Shown piece after piece: positions 52,172 to 61,314 of a DNA stretch of 64,000 bases (its first letter is position 1; each line of letters starts with the position of its first letter). Position numbers and translations under genes: made by a program. The notes below the pieces were generated by a model, which worked only from the letters and a program-made list of their open reading frames with translations, had not been told where the DNA came from and made no database searches. Where the stretch lies: assembly GCA_963707215.1 (NCBI GenBank), contig CAVPPB010000002.1:26865-90864 (forward strand). Direction: 5' to 3'. Source of the DNA: an uncultured Chloroflexia bacterium (GTDB taxonomy: Bacteria > Chloroflexota > Limnocylindria > Limnocylindrales > CSP1-4).

Positions 52172-52599
52172 CCACGCCCCCTCGGGACCCTCGTCCTCGC
52201 GGGGGCGACCGCTCCCAGGCCACGCCGCGGCGCTCCCAGGCCACGGCCGCCTCGCCGCCCGGGACGGCCCGCAGGCGCCGCCGTCGGATCTCGCCGCTGT
52301 GGTCGATCCTGGTCGTCGCCGTCGTCGGTTCGGTCGTCTTCAGCCTCTACGCCCTCACCATCCGTGACGAGGCACAGGTCCCGATGCTCGCCGCCGGCTC
52401 GCTCGTCGTCGCGATCTCCTTCGGCGCCGTAGCCGTGGCCGGAGCGTTCACGGCGTATCGCTCCGCCCGAGACGGGAGGAGCGGCACGGCCCTTGCCGCA
52501 GCCCTGCTCGGGGGCCTCGCGGCGCTGATCGCGGCCGGGTCGCTGGCCGTCGCCACGGTCCTGGCGCAGATCTGGGGCGGGACCGGCACGGTCAGCTGA
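52168..52599 (+). CDS. hypothetical membrane protein (4 TM)
   Basis: GTG start overlapping the upstream stop. The hydrophobic C-terminal 110 aa have coding-like G/C third-position bias. Confidence 0.35.
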   Translation: MTTPPRDPRPRGGDRSQATPRRSQATAASPPGTARRRRRRISPLWSILVVAVVGSVVFSLYALTIRDEAQVPMLAAGSLVVAISFGAVAVAGAFTAYRSARDGRSGTALAAALLGGLAALIAAGSLAVATVLAQIWGGTGTVS

Positions 52600-52645
52600 C
52601 GCCTCCGAGTCCTGGCAGGGCGCCCTGCTACACTCGCCGCCCATG

Positions 52646-52722
52646 GCCCCCATCGTCTAGAGGCCTAGGACGCCACCCTTTCAAGGTGGAGATCAGGGGT
52701 TCGAATCCCCTTGGGGGCACCA
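52646..52722 (+). tRNA. tRNA-Glu (anticodon TTC)
   Basis: GCCCCCATCGTCTAGAGGCCTAGGACGCCACCCTTTCAAGGTGGAGATCAGGGGTTCGAATCCCCTTGGGGGCACCA has a cloverleaf with a 7-bp acceptor stem, a TTC anticodon loop, a T-loop GGTTCGAATCC and an encoded CCA. Confidence 0.9.
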
Positions 52723-52807
52723 TCCCTCGGCCCGACCCGACCCGAACTGGTCGGAGACCGGCGCCCGGGCACGCGCGCAAGGCGGCCCGCTGCTACCATC
52801 CGGGGCG

Positions 52808-53161
52808 ATGGAGATCATGGGGATCCGGATCCCGACCATCATCCACGACAACGTCGCAAGCCGATGCGACGGCTGCGGCGAGGTCATCGTCGGCACCCCG
52901 TGGCGGGTCAGCCTGCTCGACGTCGTCGCCGCCGAGGCCCCGGCCAGCTGGTCCGAGCGGCCGGCCCTCAACCCGGGCCCGTTCCAGTTCCACGCCGACC
53001 CGTCGCACGTCCGGGCCTGGCTGAGGGAGCGCGACATCCTCTTCTGTCGGCTCGGTCAGGTCCGCGAGATCATGCGCCCCGTGCTCATCCCCGGCGACAC
53101 GCCGCGATGGGGCGTCTGCGACGGGCTGCATCGCGACGCCCACGAGTTCATCCCGGCCTGA
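52808..53161 (+). CDS. hypothetical protein
   Basis: 117-aa ORF with a CDGCG motif and good G/C third-position bias. Confidence 0.4.
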   Translation: MEIMGIRIPTIIHDNVASRCDGCGEVIVGTPWRVSLLDVVAAEAPASWSERPALNPGPFQFHADPSHVRAWLRERDILFCRLGQVREIMRPVLIPGDTPRWGVCDGLHRDAHEFIPA

Positions 53162-53194
53162 GCCGGTCGGCCGCCCGCGGCCGAGGATCGAGCC

Positions 53195-54265
53195 TTGACC
53201 TTCGACGCCCTGCTGCCTGCCCTGACCGCCCTCGTCGCCTTCGTCCTGGCCGTCGCCCTGCTGGACCAGTGGCTCGAGCGGCGGCGCGCCTACCAGCTGG
53301 TCTGGGCGGCCGGGTCGGCCTTCTACGGCGTCGCCTCGGTCTGCTCGGCCATCGGCTACGCCGCCGGCTGGAGCGAGCCCGTCTTCCGGCTCTGGTACCT
53401 CACCGGAGCGCTCTGGACGGCAGCCTGGCTGGGCCTCGGGACCGCCTACCTCCTGGGGCGAACGAGGTTCGGCTACACCGTGGCCGCCACCCTCGTCATC
53501 GCCGGGATCGCGACGATCGGCTACCAGCGCCGGAACGAGTTCGAGGGCGTCGGCTCGCTGCCGCTGCTTTACTTCATCGGGGCCGCGGTCCTGGCCCTCG
53601 CCGTGGCCGTGGAGACCTACTTCCAGAACGAGCGCTGGCCGCGGCTGGCCGCGGTGGCGGTGGGTGGGGCGACGGTCCTGTCGATCGTCCTCATGGCGAC
53701 CTCCCCGCTCCTGGGGCCCGTCACGGCCGGCTCCGACGGCCTGCCCGACCTGGCGGTCGTCCCGGGCTCCGTGCGGCTCCTCTCGCCGTTCCTCAACATC
53801 ACCGGCGGTCTCACCCTTGCCTTCGGGGCCCTCTTCTCGGCGTACGTCTTCATGCCCAAACGACGGGTCCTCGACTACTCCCTCGACCCCACCCAGCCGG
53901 GCGACCAGTTCCTCTTCAACCTGGCGATCTCACCGGTCGCCATCCTGGTCAACCTCGTCGCCTCGCTGCCGGGCGCCGTCCGGGCGCTCTTCGCCGGACA
54001 GCTCAACAGCCGGGTCCCGGCGACCCTGCTGATCGCCGCCGGAGGCTTCCTGGCCAGCGGCGTCGACGCCTTCATCAAGCTCGGCTACACGGGGCTGTTC
54101 GAGCTCTCCAAGCTCGTCGCCCTGCTGCTGATCTTCGCCGGCTTCCTGGTCTCCATCGAGGTCTTCCGGGAGATCCGGATCCCCTTCACCGGGATCCGCT
54201 TCGCCACCGGACGGCGAGAGCACCCGGCCGCCCTCGTCGAGGAAGGGGCGCAGCCCCGGGGCTGA
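53195..54265 (+). CDS. hypothetical polytopic membrane protein
   Basis: 356 aa and about 9 TM helices. Confidence 0.5.
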   Translation: MTFDALLPALTALVAFVLAVALLDQWLERRRAYQLVWAAGSAFYGVASVCSAIGYAAGWSEPVFRLWYLTGALWTAAWLGLGTAYLLGRTRFGYTVAATLVIAGIATIGYQRRNEFEGVGSLPLLYFIGAAVLALAVAVETYFQNERWPRLAAVAVGGATVLSIVLMATSPLLGPVTAGSDGLPDLAVVPGSVRLLSPFLNITGGLTLAFGALFSAYVFMPKRRVLDYSLDPTQPGDQFLFNLAISPVAILVNLVASLPGAVRALFAGQLNSRVPATLLIAAGGFLASGVDAFIKLGYTGLFELSKLVALLLIFAGFLVSIEVFREIRIPFTGIRFATGRREHPAALVEEGAQPRG

Positions 54266-54293
54266 GCCCCGAGGCCCGTCCCGCCGCGACCAC

Positions 54294-55283
54294 ATGTCAC
54301 GCGACCGAGAGCTCCTGATCGGAACGGCCGCTGCCCTGGTGGCCGCCTCCTGCTTCGCGACGCTCGGACCGCTCTCGAGGTTCGCCGCCGAGGCGGGGCT
54401 CGGCGCCTTGGCCTTCGTCGCCTGGAGGGCGGCGGTCGGCGCCGTCGCGCTGTGGGCGGCCATCGTCGCGCGCGGCTCGGCGCCCGTGGCCACGGCCTCG
54501 TTCCGGTCGCTCGACCGCCGTGGACGCCTGTCGCTCGCGGTCGCCGTGGCGATGGGCTTCACCCTGAACCTGTCGATCTTCCTGGCCTTCGCCCGGATCC
54601 CGATCGCGATCGCCCTGATGCTCTTCTACACCTACCCGGTGATGGTCGCCCTGGTCGGGGTCCTCACCGGCCACGACCGCCTCGGTCCGGCCAAGCTCGC
54701 CGCCCTGGTCGCGGCCACGACGGGGGTGGGCCTGGTCCTGCTCGGGGGCCTGGACGTCGCTGGCGCGGAGCTGGACCCGGTCGGCGTCCTCCTGGGTCTC
54801 GGCGCCGCCGCCAGCCAGACCGTCTTCATCACCGTCAGCCGATCCGGCTACCGGGCCGTCCGATCCGACGCCGCGACCCTGGCGATCCTCCTGGGGTCCG
54901 CGGTCCTGGGGGCCATCCTGGCGGTCGCGTCCGGACTGCTGCCCGAGCTGCTCGCGCCGCTCGGCGACGTCGAGCCCTGGCCGTTCATCCTGGTCGCGGG
55001 GGTCATCGGCGCCGGCTTCCCGTCGCTGCTGTTCCTGGGCTCCATTCGGCGGATCGGGGGGACCAGGACGGGGATCCTGATGCTCTGGGAGCCCGTCATG
55101 GGCGCGATCCTGGCTGCCGCCCTGCTGGCCGAGCCACTCGGGCCGCTGCAGATCGTGGGAGGTGCTCTGGTGCTGCTGGCCGCGGCCATCCTTCAGCTGT
55201 CGGGGCGCGCGCCCGTGGCGGTCCCCCGGGCCACGGTCGAGGGTGGGACCGACGAGGGTCCATCCGAGGCCTCGATCGCCTGA
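54294..55283 (+). CDS. DMT superfamily (EamA-like) transporter
   Basis: Ten TM helices arranged as a duplicated EamA domain. Confidence 0.8.
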   Translation: MSRDRELLIGTAAALVAASCFATLGPLSRFAAEAGLGALAFVAWRAAVGAVALWAAIVARGSAPVATASFRSLDRRGRLSLAVAVAMGFTLNLSIFLAFARIPIAIALMLFYTYPVMVALVGVLTGHDRLGPAKLAALVAATTGVGLVLLGGLDVAGAELDPVGVLLGLGAAASQTVFITVSRSGYRAVRSDAATLAILLGSAVLGAILAVASGLLPELLAPLGDVEPWPFILVAGVIGAGFPSLLFLGSIRRIGGTRTGILMLWEPVMGAILAAALLAEPLGPLQIVGGALVLLAAAILQLSGRAPVAVPRATVEGGTDEGPSEASIA

Positions 55284-55326
55284 GGCCGCCGAAGTTCGTC
55301 ACGCCGCGGGGCCGTGCGGCGGCTAT

Positions 55327-56004
55327 GCTGGCGGCGTGACCGAGCCCCGATCCTCGGACGACCGGATCCGCGTCCTGCTCGTCGATGACCATGGCGTGGT
55401 CCGGCGCGGGCTCCGGGGGTTCCTCGAGCTGCTCGACGACATCGAGATCGTGGGGGAGGCGGAAGACGGCCGAGCGGCCGTCGAAGCCGCCGTGAGCCTG
55501 GAGCCCGACGTCATCCTGATGGACCTCGTCATGCCGCAGCTGGACGGCATCGGCGCGATCTCGGCTATCAAGGCCGAGCGACCCGGGATCGAGATCGTCG
55601 CTCTCACGAGCTTCATCGAAGAGTCGAAGGTCACGGCGGCCCTCGAGGCCGGGGCGGCCGGGTACTTGCTCAAGGATGCCGAGGCAGACGCCGTCGCTGC
55701 GGCCATCCGGGCCGCCCACGCCGGCGAGGTCCACCTCGACCCGGCGGTGGCCCGGCTGCTGGCCCAGCGGATGCGCGAGCGCCGCGACCGCGACGAGCCG
55801 GTCGAGCCGCTGACCGAGCGCGAGCGCGAGGTCCTGGCGCTCGTCGGGCGGGGCCTGGCGAACAAGGAGATCGCCTACGAGCTCGGGATCACCGAGCGGA
55901 CGGCCCGGACACACGTCAGCAACATCCTCGGCAAGCTCGGCCTCCAGAGCCGCACCCAGGCCGCCCTCTGGGCCGTCGAGAAAGGGATCGTCGGCCCGTC
56001 GTAG
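55327..56004 (+). CDS. NarL/LuxR-family two-component response regulator
   Basis: Receiver domain (IRVLLVDDHGVVRRGL...DVILMDLVMPQLDG) plus a C-terminal LuxR HTH (LTEREREVLALVGRGLANKEIAYELGITERTARTHVSNILGKLG). No adjacent histidine kinase. Confidence 0.85.
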   Translation, partial: AGGVTEPRSSDDRIRVLLVDDHGVVRRGLRGFLELLDDIEIVGEAEDGRAAVEAAVSLEPDVILMDLVMPQLDGIGAISAIKAERPGIEIVALTSFIEESKVTAALEAGAAGYLLKDAEADAVAAAIRAAHAGEVHLDPAVARLLAQRMRERRDRDEPVEPLTEREREVLALVGRGLANKEIAYELGITERTARTHVSNILGKLGLQSRTQAALWAVEKGIVGPS

Positions 56005-56142
56005 GGTCATCCCGCGGAGTCGATGCAGCCGGCACCGTTCGCCCGGAGTGCCCCTGCGCCGGGCGGCCGAGATGGGCGCCGAGGGGGCGGATGGGCCCGC
56101 CCCGGTATACTCCTCGGGTCCCCAGACGCACCGCGAGGTCCG

Positions 56143-57021
56143 ATGCGCGTTCGAAAGGCCGTCCTCCCTGCCGCCGGCTGGGGGACCCGCTTCCTCCCCG
56201 CCACCAAGGCGCAGCCGAAGGAGATGCTGCCCCTGGTCGACAAGCCGGTCATCCAGTACGCGGTCGAGGAGGCCGTCGCTGCCGGCATCGACCAGATCAT
56301 CATCGTGACCTCGAGCCAGAAGCGGGCGATCGAGGACCACTTCGACCTCAACTACGAGCTCGAGCACCTGCTCGAGGAGCGGGGCGACGTCGACATGCTC
56401 CGCCGCATCCGCCACATCAGCGACCTCGCCCAGGTGGCCTACGTCCGCCAGAAGGAACAGCTGGGCCTTGGCCATGCGGTCCTCATGGCCAAGGAGCTCA
56501 TCGGGCACGAGCCGTTCGCGGTGATCCTCTCCGACGACGTCGTCGTTGGCGAGCGGCCCTGCATCGGCCAGCTCATCCACGCCTACCACCAGACCCACGG
56601 GTCGGTCGTGGCGACCATGCCGGTGCCGCACGAGGAGACCGGGCGGTACGGGATCATCGGCGTCGACGAGGGCGAGGAGGCCCGCGAGGGTGGGCGTCTC
56701 CGGCGCGTCGGTCGGCTCGTCGAGAAGCCCGACCCGGCCGACGCCCCGTCCGACCTGGCCATCATCGGCCGCTACGTCCTGACGCCGAAGATCTTCGACA
56801 AGCTCGAGCAGACGCAACGCGGGACCGGCGGCGAGATCCAGCTGACCGACGCGATCGAGGCCCTCATGGAGGACCAGCACGTCTACGGCTACGAGTTCGA
56901 GGGCGTGCGATACGACGCCGGCACCACGATGGGCTGGCTCCAGGCCTCGGTCGAGCTCGCGCTCCAGCGTCCTGACCTGGCCGCCGACTTCCGAGCCTAC
57001 CTGCGGGAGCTGCCCCTGTAG
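56143..57021 (+). CDS. galU: UTP--glucose-1-phosphate uridylyltransferase
   Basis: KAVLPAAGWGTRFLPATKAQPKEMLPLVDKPVIQYAVEEA matches the canonical GalU N-terminus. Confidence 0.9.
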   Translation: MRVRKAVLPAAGWGTRFLPATKAQPKEMLPLVDKPVIQYAVEEAVAAGIDQIIIVTSSQKRAIEDHFDLNYELEHLLEERGDVDMLRRIRHISDLAQVAYVRQKEQLGLGHAVLMAKELIGHEPFAVILSDDVVVGERPCIGQLIHAYHQTHGSVVATMPVPHEETGRYGIIGVDEGEEAREGGRLRRVGRLVEKPDPADAPSDLAIIGRYVLTPKIFDKLEQTQRGTGGEIQLTDAIEALMEDQHVYGYEFEGVRYDAGTTMGWLQASVELALQRPDLAADFRAYLRELPL

Positions 57022-57116
57022 CGGGACGCCAGGGGCCATCAAGCGCCCCTGCGGTACGATGCGCGACGGTGCCGCCTCCGGCGGCCCCCCTGCGCCGACG
57101 TTGGAGGACGAGTCCG

Positions 57117-58853
57117 GTGGCCGATATCGGCACTATGCTGGGCGGTCGTTACCGCCTCATGGAGCTGCTCGCCGAGGGCGGCATGGCCTCGGTCTTCCGT
57201 GCCCGCGACACCCAGCTGGAGCGGGACGTCGCGGTCAAGGTCCTGCGCCCCGAGTACGGGCGCGACCCCGACTTCCTGGCCCGTTTCCGCCACGAGGCCC
57301 AGGCCGCCGCCGGGCTGAACCATCCCGACGTCGTCGCGGTCTACGACTTCGGCCAGGACCCGGCCGGCCCGTACCTGGTCATGGAGCTGGTCCAGGGCCA
57401 GGACCTTTCGACGATCCTGCGCCAGAACGGAGCCCTGTCCGCGCGCCAGGCTGCCCGCATCACGGCTGCGACCGCCCGCGCCCTCCAGGCCGCCCACGAT
57501 CGCGGCGTCGTCCACCGCGACGTGAAGCCGGGCAACATCATGGTCTCGAGCGATGGCCGGGTGAAGGTGACCGACTTCGGGATCGCCCGGGCCGTCGCCG
57601 AATCCCAGCTCACCCTCCCGGGCACGACGCTGGGATCGGTCCACTACTTCAGCCCCGAGCAGGCCCGTGGCGAGGCGACATCGCCTTCCTCGGACGTCTA
57701 CGCTCTCGGCATCGTCCTCTTCGAGATGCTCACTGGGCGGCGACCGTGGGAGGGCGACAGCGCCGCGGCGATCGCCGTCGCCCGACTTTCCGGGCCGGTC
57801 CCCACGCCGTCGGCCCATCGGTCGGGTATCCCACCGGCCGTGGAGGCGATCGACCGCAAGGCCCTCGCCCCCGAGCCTGGGGACCGTTTCTCCAGCGCGG
57901 CCGCGATGGCCGACGCCCTCGACGTCTTCCTCGCCGAGGGCGCCGGGCGCGATGACACGACCGGGGTCGTCGGGCTGGCCGCGGGTGCGGCCGCTGGCGC
58001 CGCGGCCGCCGGGGTCGTCTCCGGCGTCGCCTCACCGAGCCGTTCGTCCGGCATCCCCTACAGCCCCGACGCGTACGCTGGCGGGGACGCCGGCGGCGCC
58101 CCGCCGGCCGGTGGTGCCCAGTACCCGCCCGACGACGGCCAGGACAAGGGCGGCACCAGCGCCTGGACCTGGATCGCGGGCCTGCTCGGTCTCGCCATCC
58201 TCGTCGTCATCGGCTTCCTGGCCATCCAGCTGCTGGGCGGCGGGGGCGGCCCGGGAGCCACGCCCGAGCCAGGGGAGGTCGAGGTCCCGTCGCTGATCGG
58301 GTTGTCCGTCGAGCAGGCCACGACCGTCGCGGGAGCTGTCGGCCTCGAGGTGCTGCCGGACTCGACCATCCAGAGCAGTGACCTGCCGGACGGGAGCGAC
58401 CTCGAGGAGGGCGACATCGCCGAGCAGGATCCGGCGGCCGGGGAGATGGTCGCCGAGGGCACGTCGATCCGGCTCACGATCGTCGTGGGTCCGGGCGTCG
58501 TCGAGGTCCCCGACGTCCGCGCGCAACCGGAGGCCCAGGCGCTCAACACGCTGCGTGACGCCGATCTGACCATCGGCGCCCGCACCGAGGAGTTCGACGA
58601 GATCGTGCCCGTCGGGGCGATCGTCTCGACCGACCCGCGGGCCGGCATCCAGGTCGCAAAGCTCACGCCGATCGACTACGTCGTCTCGAAGGGCCCCGAG
58701 CCGAGCCCGAGTCCTTCGCCGAGTCCCAGTCCCACCCCGACCCCGACGCCGACCCCCACACCGACGCCGGCTCCGACGCCGACCCCCACGCCGGCCCCGA
58801 CGCCGACCCCGCCGCCACCGAGCCCGAGCCCGAGCCCGGAGCCCAGCGCGTAG
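57117..58853 (+). CDS. Ser/Thr protein kinase with an extracellular PASTA domain and a PT/PS-rich C-terminal tail
   Basis: Hanks kinase motifs (VAVKVL, HRDVKPGNIM, DFGIA, SPEQ), a TM (WIAGLLGLAILVVIGFLAI) and a PASTA-like module. The tail ([24 protein letters not shown]) is encoded by simple repeats at 58690-58850. Confidence 0.85.
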   Translation: MADIGTMLGGRYRLMELLAEGGMASVFRARDTQLERDVAVKVLRPEYGRDPDFLARFRHEAQAAAGLNHPDVVAVYDFGQDPAGPYLVMELVQGQDLSTILRQNGALSARQAARITAATARALQAAHDRGVVHRDVKPGNIMVSSDGRVKVTDFGIARAVAESQLTLPGTTLGSVHYFSPEQARGEATSPSSDVYALGIVLFEMLTGRRPWEGDSAAAIAVARLSGPVPTPSAHRSGIPPAVEAIDRKALAPEPGDRFSSAAAMADALDVFLAEGAGRDDTTGVVGLAAGAAAGAAAAGVVSGVASPSRSSGIPYSPDAYAGGDAGGAPPAGGAQYPPDDGQDKGGTSAWTWIAGLLGLAILVVIGFLAIQLLGGGGGPGATPEPGEVEVPSLIGLSVEQATTVAGAVGLEVLPDSTIQSSDLPDGSDLEEGDIAEQDPAAGEMVAEGTSIRLTIVVGPGVVEVPDVRAQPEAQALNTLRDADLTIGARTEEFDEIVPVGAIVSTDPRAGIQVAKLTPIDYVVSKGPEPSPSPSPSPSPTPTPTPTPTPTPAPTPTPTPAPTPTPPPPSPSPSPEPSA

Positions 58854-58922
58854 CGTAGGCCCGGCGGCCTGGGGAGCGGAGCGGATGACCGCAGCGCGCG
58901 TCGACCCGGACGCTCGGGCGAC

Positions 58923-59384
58923 CTAGCGGTCCAGCTCGGGGAAGAGGCTCCAGCCGGACGGCGGCGTGCCGACTGCCGCAGGTTCGGTGGCGCCATCGCG
59001 ACCGCCGCTCGTCGCTCCTCCTGCCCGTGCCACGGCCGTTCGGGCGGTGCCGCGGTCCGCTGACTCGGTCAGGGACAGGGGGACGAACTCGCGGCGATTG
59101 CGAACGCCCGTTCGAGCCGGGCGTGGTCCCCCCGACCCCTGGCCGGCCTCCCCGGCGTCGCCGGGGTCGCCGGTCGTCGCGGCGACCGCGGTCCAGCAGG
59201 GCCGGGTCTCGTGGCCTGTCAGCGGGCGGCGCCGACGGTCGAGGCCGCAGTAGCCGAGCCCCGCAGCGACGGCCTGGCGGTAGTCGCGGCAGGTCGCGCA
59301 GCAGGTCGAGGAACGCCGACAGACCCAGCACCGATCGGCCTCGGGCTGGGGCGTGCCGCAGTGGGGGCACCGCCACATCGGCAT
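58923..59384 (-). CDS. hypothetical zinc-ribbon protein
   Basis: MPMWRCPHCGTPQPEADRCWVCRRSSTCCATCRDY contains a CxxC...CxxC motif. The C-terminal part is low-complexity. Confidence 0.35.
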   Translation of the reverse strand: MPMWRCPHCGTPQPEADRCWVCRRSSTCCATCRDYRQAVAAGLGYCGLDRRRRPLTGHETRPCWTAVAATTGDPGDAGEAGQGSGGPRPARTGVRNRREFVPLSLTESADRGTARTAVARAGGATSGGRDGATEPAAVGTPPSGWSLFPELDR

Positions 59385-59506
59385 GGCGGGATGGTAGCTG
59401 CGCTCACGGTGCCTGTCGAGGCGGACCGTGCGGCTGCGCCGAGCGCCGGCAGGCGGGCCACGGCCCGGCGCGTACTCCGACTCGGCCCGTCCCGCGACCC
59501 GCGCGT

Positions 59507-60715
59507 TCACTCGACGACCAGGATCCCCCGCTTGGCGGTGACCTCTCCGTCGAGCTCGGTGGTCACCAGGGCGGTGATCAGGCCGCTGCCGGTGGTCGCG
59601 CCCGTCGGGATGACCGTCCGGTATGACGCACTCCCGGAGTCGTCCGTGGTCAGCTCGCCGGGGACGATGGGCGGCAGCCCGGGCACCGTGAGGTTGAAGA
59701 GCACGGTCGCCCCGGCCAGCGGCCGGCCGTTCGGGTCGGTCACGGCGATCCGCACGGTCAAGGCCTGGGGGAGGGACTTGACCGAGATCCGGTAGTCCGA
59801 CGCGGTGATGGTGGCGGCGAGCTCCCCCGAGCCCTGCAATACGCTCAGGACCGCGCTGCCGGCATTGCCCGCCGGGTCGGTGACGCTGATCGTGATGCCG
59901 TTGATGCCGGCGGCCAGCGGGACCGTGACGCTGAACGAACCGTCACCCTCGGCGGTCGCCTGGGCCGTCGACCCGTTCGCCTCGTTGCGAGCGACGACCT
60001 CGCTCAGCTCCTGGGTGACGCCCAGGATCTCGACGACGTCGCGATTGACGGTCGCTCCGTCGTCCGGGGACTGGATGGCGATCTCGGGGGGCGCGCTGTC
60101 GAGGACGTAGCTCACGACCGGCGACGGGTCGCTCTCGGTGCCGGGGGCGACGAGGGTCGCCGTGAAGTCGTTGACACCGTCGACGAGCGGGACGGCCGTG
60201 ATCGTGAAGAGCGCCGTGGGCGGGACCGCCACCTCCTTGACCTCGCTCGGGGCCCCGCTGCCGACAGCCACGTAGAGCCGGACGGTGACGTCCGGGTCGC
60301 CGGCGAACTCGGCCGGGATGCTGCCGGTCAGGGTGACCTGGGGCTGGTTCGTGTACGGGTTCGTCGGGGCATCGAGGATCGGGGCGACCAGGAACGGGAG
60401 CGGCGTCGGCTCCGGCTCGGGCGTTGCCGTGATCCGGCCGAAGAGGCCACCGAAGGCCCCGCCCAGGGCGTCTCCGGCCCAGCCCAGGCCGCCGCCGGCG
60501 AAGAGGACGACGGATGCGGCCAGGCCGACGACCGCGATCGCGAGGAGGGCGCTCGCCGGGAGGGGCAGTCGACGTCCCCGTGCCGGCGCTCGGGCGGGGA
60601 TCCGGCCGCTCGTCGAGCTGCGCTTGCGCTTGGAGGGGGCGGGGGACGGGGAGCGCCCGCCCGAGGGAGGTCTCGGCCGGACCTGCGAGGGGCGGGTCTG
60701 GCGCCGGTTCGACAC
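59507..60715 (-). CDS. membrane-anchored protein with tandem bacterial Ig-like (Big) domains
   Basis: It has a basic N-terminus, a TM (ALLAIAVVGLAASVVLFAGG) and beta-rich Ig-like repeats (VTVRLYVAVGSG...FTITAVPLVDGVNDFTATLV...). Start placed at GTG 60715, where G/C third-position bias begins. Confidence 0.55.
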   Translation of the reverse strand: MSNRRQTRPSQVRPRPPSGGRSPSPAPSKRKRSSTSGRIPARAPARGRRLPLPASALLAIAVVGLAASVVLFAGGGLGWAGDALGGAFGGLFGRITATPEPEPTPLPFLVAPILDAPTNPYTNQPQVTLTGSIPAEFAGDPDVTVRLYVAVGSGAPSEVKEVAVPPTALFTITAVPLVDGVNDFTATLVAPGTESDPSPVVSYVLDSAPPEIAIQSPDDGATVNRDVVEILGVTQELSEVVARNEANGSTAQATAEGDGSFSVTVPLAAGINGITISVTDPAGNAGSAVLSVLQGSGELAATITASDYRISVKSLPQALTVRIAVTDPNGRPLAGATVLFNLTVPGLPPIVPGELTTDDSGSASYRTVIPTGATTGSGLITALVTTELDGEVTAKRGILVVE

Positions 60716-60983
60716 GCGCCGGATTGTCGCATGTCCCCGTCGGCCCGGCCTGTCCCGCGACCCGGGGCCGCCCCGATGGTCCTTGCCGCTCGTAGTACTC
60801 TGGCGGCCGAGCGCGCCGTCTGTCCCTGCGCGCGCACGACCGAGGAGAGCGGTGGAGCGCCGAGACCCCGGCGACCGGATGCGTCGCGCGTCCGCGAGCG
60901 AGTCGGACGACGTCGCCCGCAAGCGCGGTGGCGTGCGCCCGGCCTCGCGTCCACCCGCCTTCGGCCATGGGCCGATCGCTCGG

Positions 60984-61277
60984 ATGGCGACCGCGACCCG
61001 GGAGCCCGACCAGCCGGCCATGCCGGTCCGGCCCGCCTTCGGGCTGCCCAACCTCAGGCGCAACGTCTGCCCGCACTTCTACATGACCGGTGCCCGGGGG
61101 GCGATCCCCATCCAGGCCCCCCACCTCCTCAAGGCGCTGGTCCGCCAGGACCGCAACGTCTCTCGCTGCCAGCTCCGGGGCGGCGTCCACTTGGAGCAGG
61201 GCTACGTCAACGACGTCTGCCTCTCGCCGCGCTTCAACCAGTGCGTCTTCTACGAGGACGACCTCACCGGCGATTGA
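60984..61277 (+). CDS. hypothetical small Cys-containing protein upstream of folC
   Basis: 97-aa ORF (MATATREPDQPAMPVRPAFGLPNLRRNVCPHFY...CQL...CLSPRFNQCVFYEDDLTGD) with nearly 100% G/C at third codon positions. It ends 37 bp before folC. Confidence 0.45.
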   Translation: MATATREPDQPAMPVRPAFGLPNLRRNVCPHFYMTGARGAIPIQAPHLLKALVRQDRNVSRCQLRGGVHLEQGYVNDVCLSPRFNQCVFYEDDLTGD

Positions 61278-61314
61278 CCGTGCTCCCACCACGACACGGA
61301 TCCGTGCCGACGCC

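Noticed and set aside
52646-52900. tRNA-Glu as a possible integration hotspot for a mobile element
   Set aside because: No integrase, no direct repeat of the tRNA 3' end, and no compositional shift downstream.
55327-56004. Orphan NarL-type response regulator as part of a novel signalling module with the DMT transporter or galU
   Set aside because: No histidine kinase or other partner is nearby. Orphan NarL regulators are common in actinobacteria, so the evidence is insufficient.
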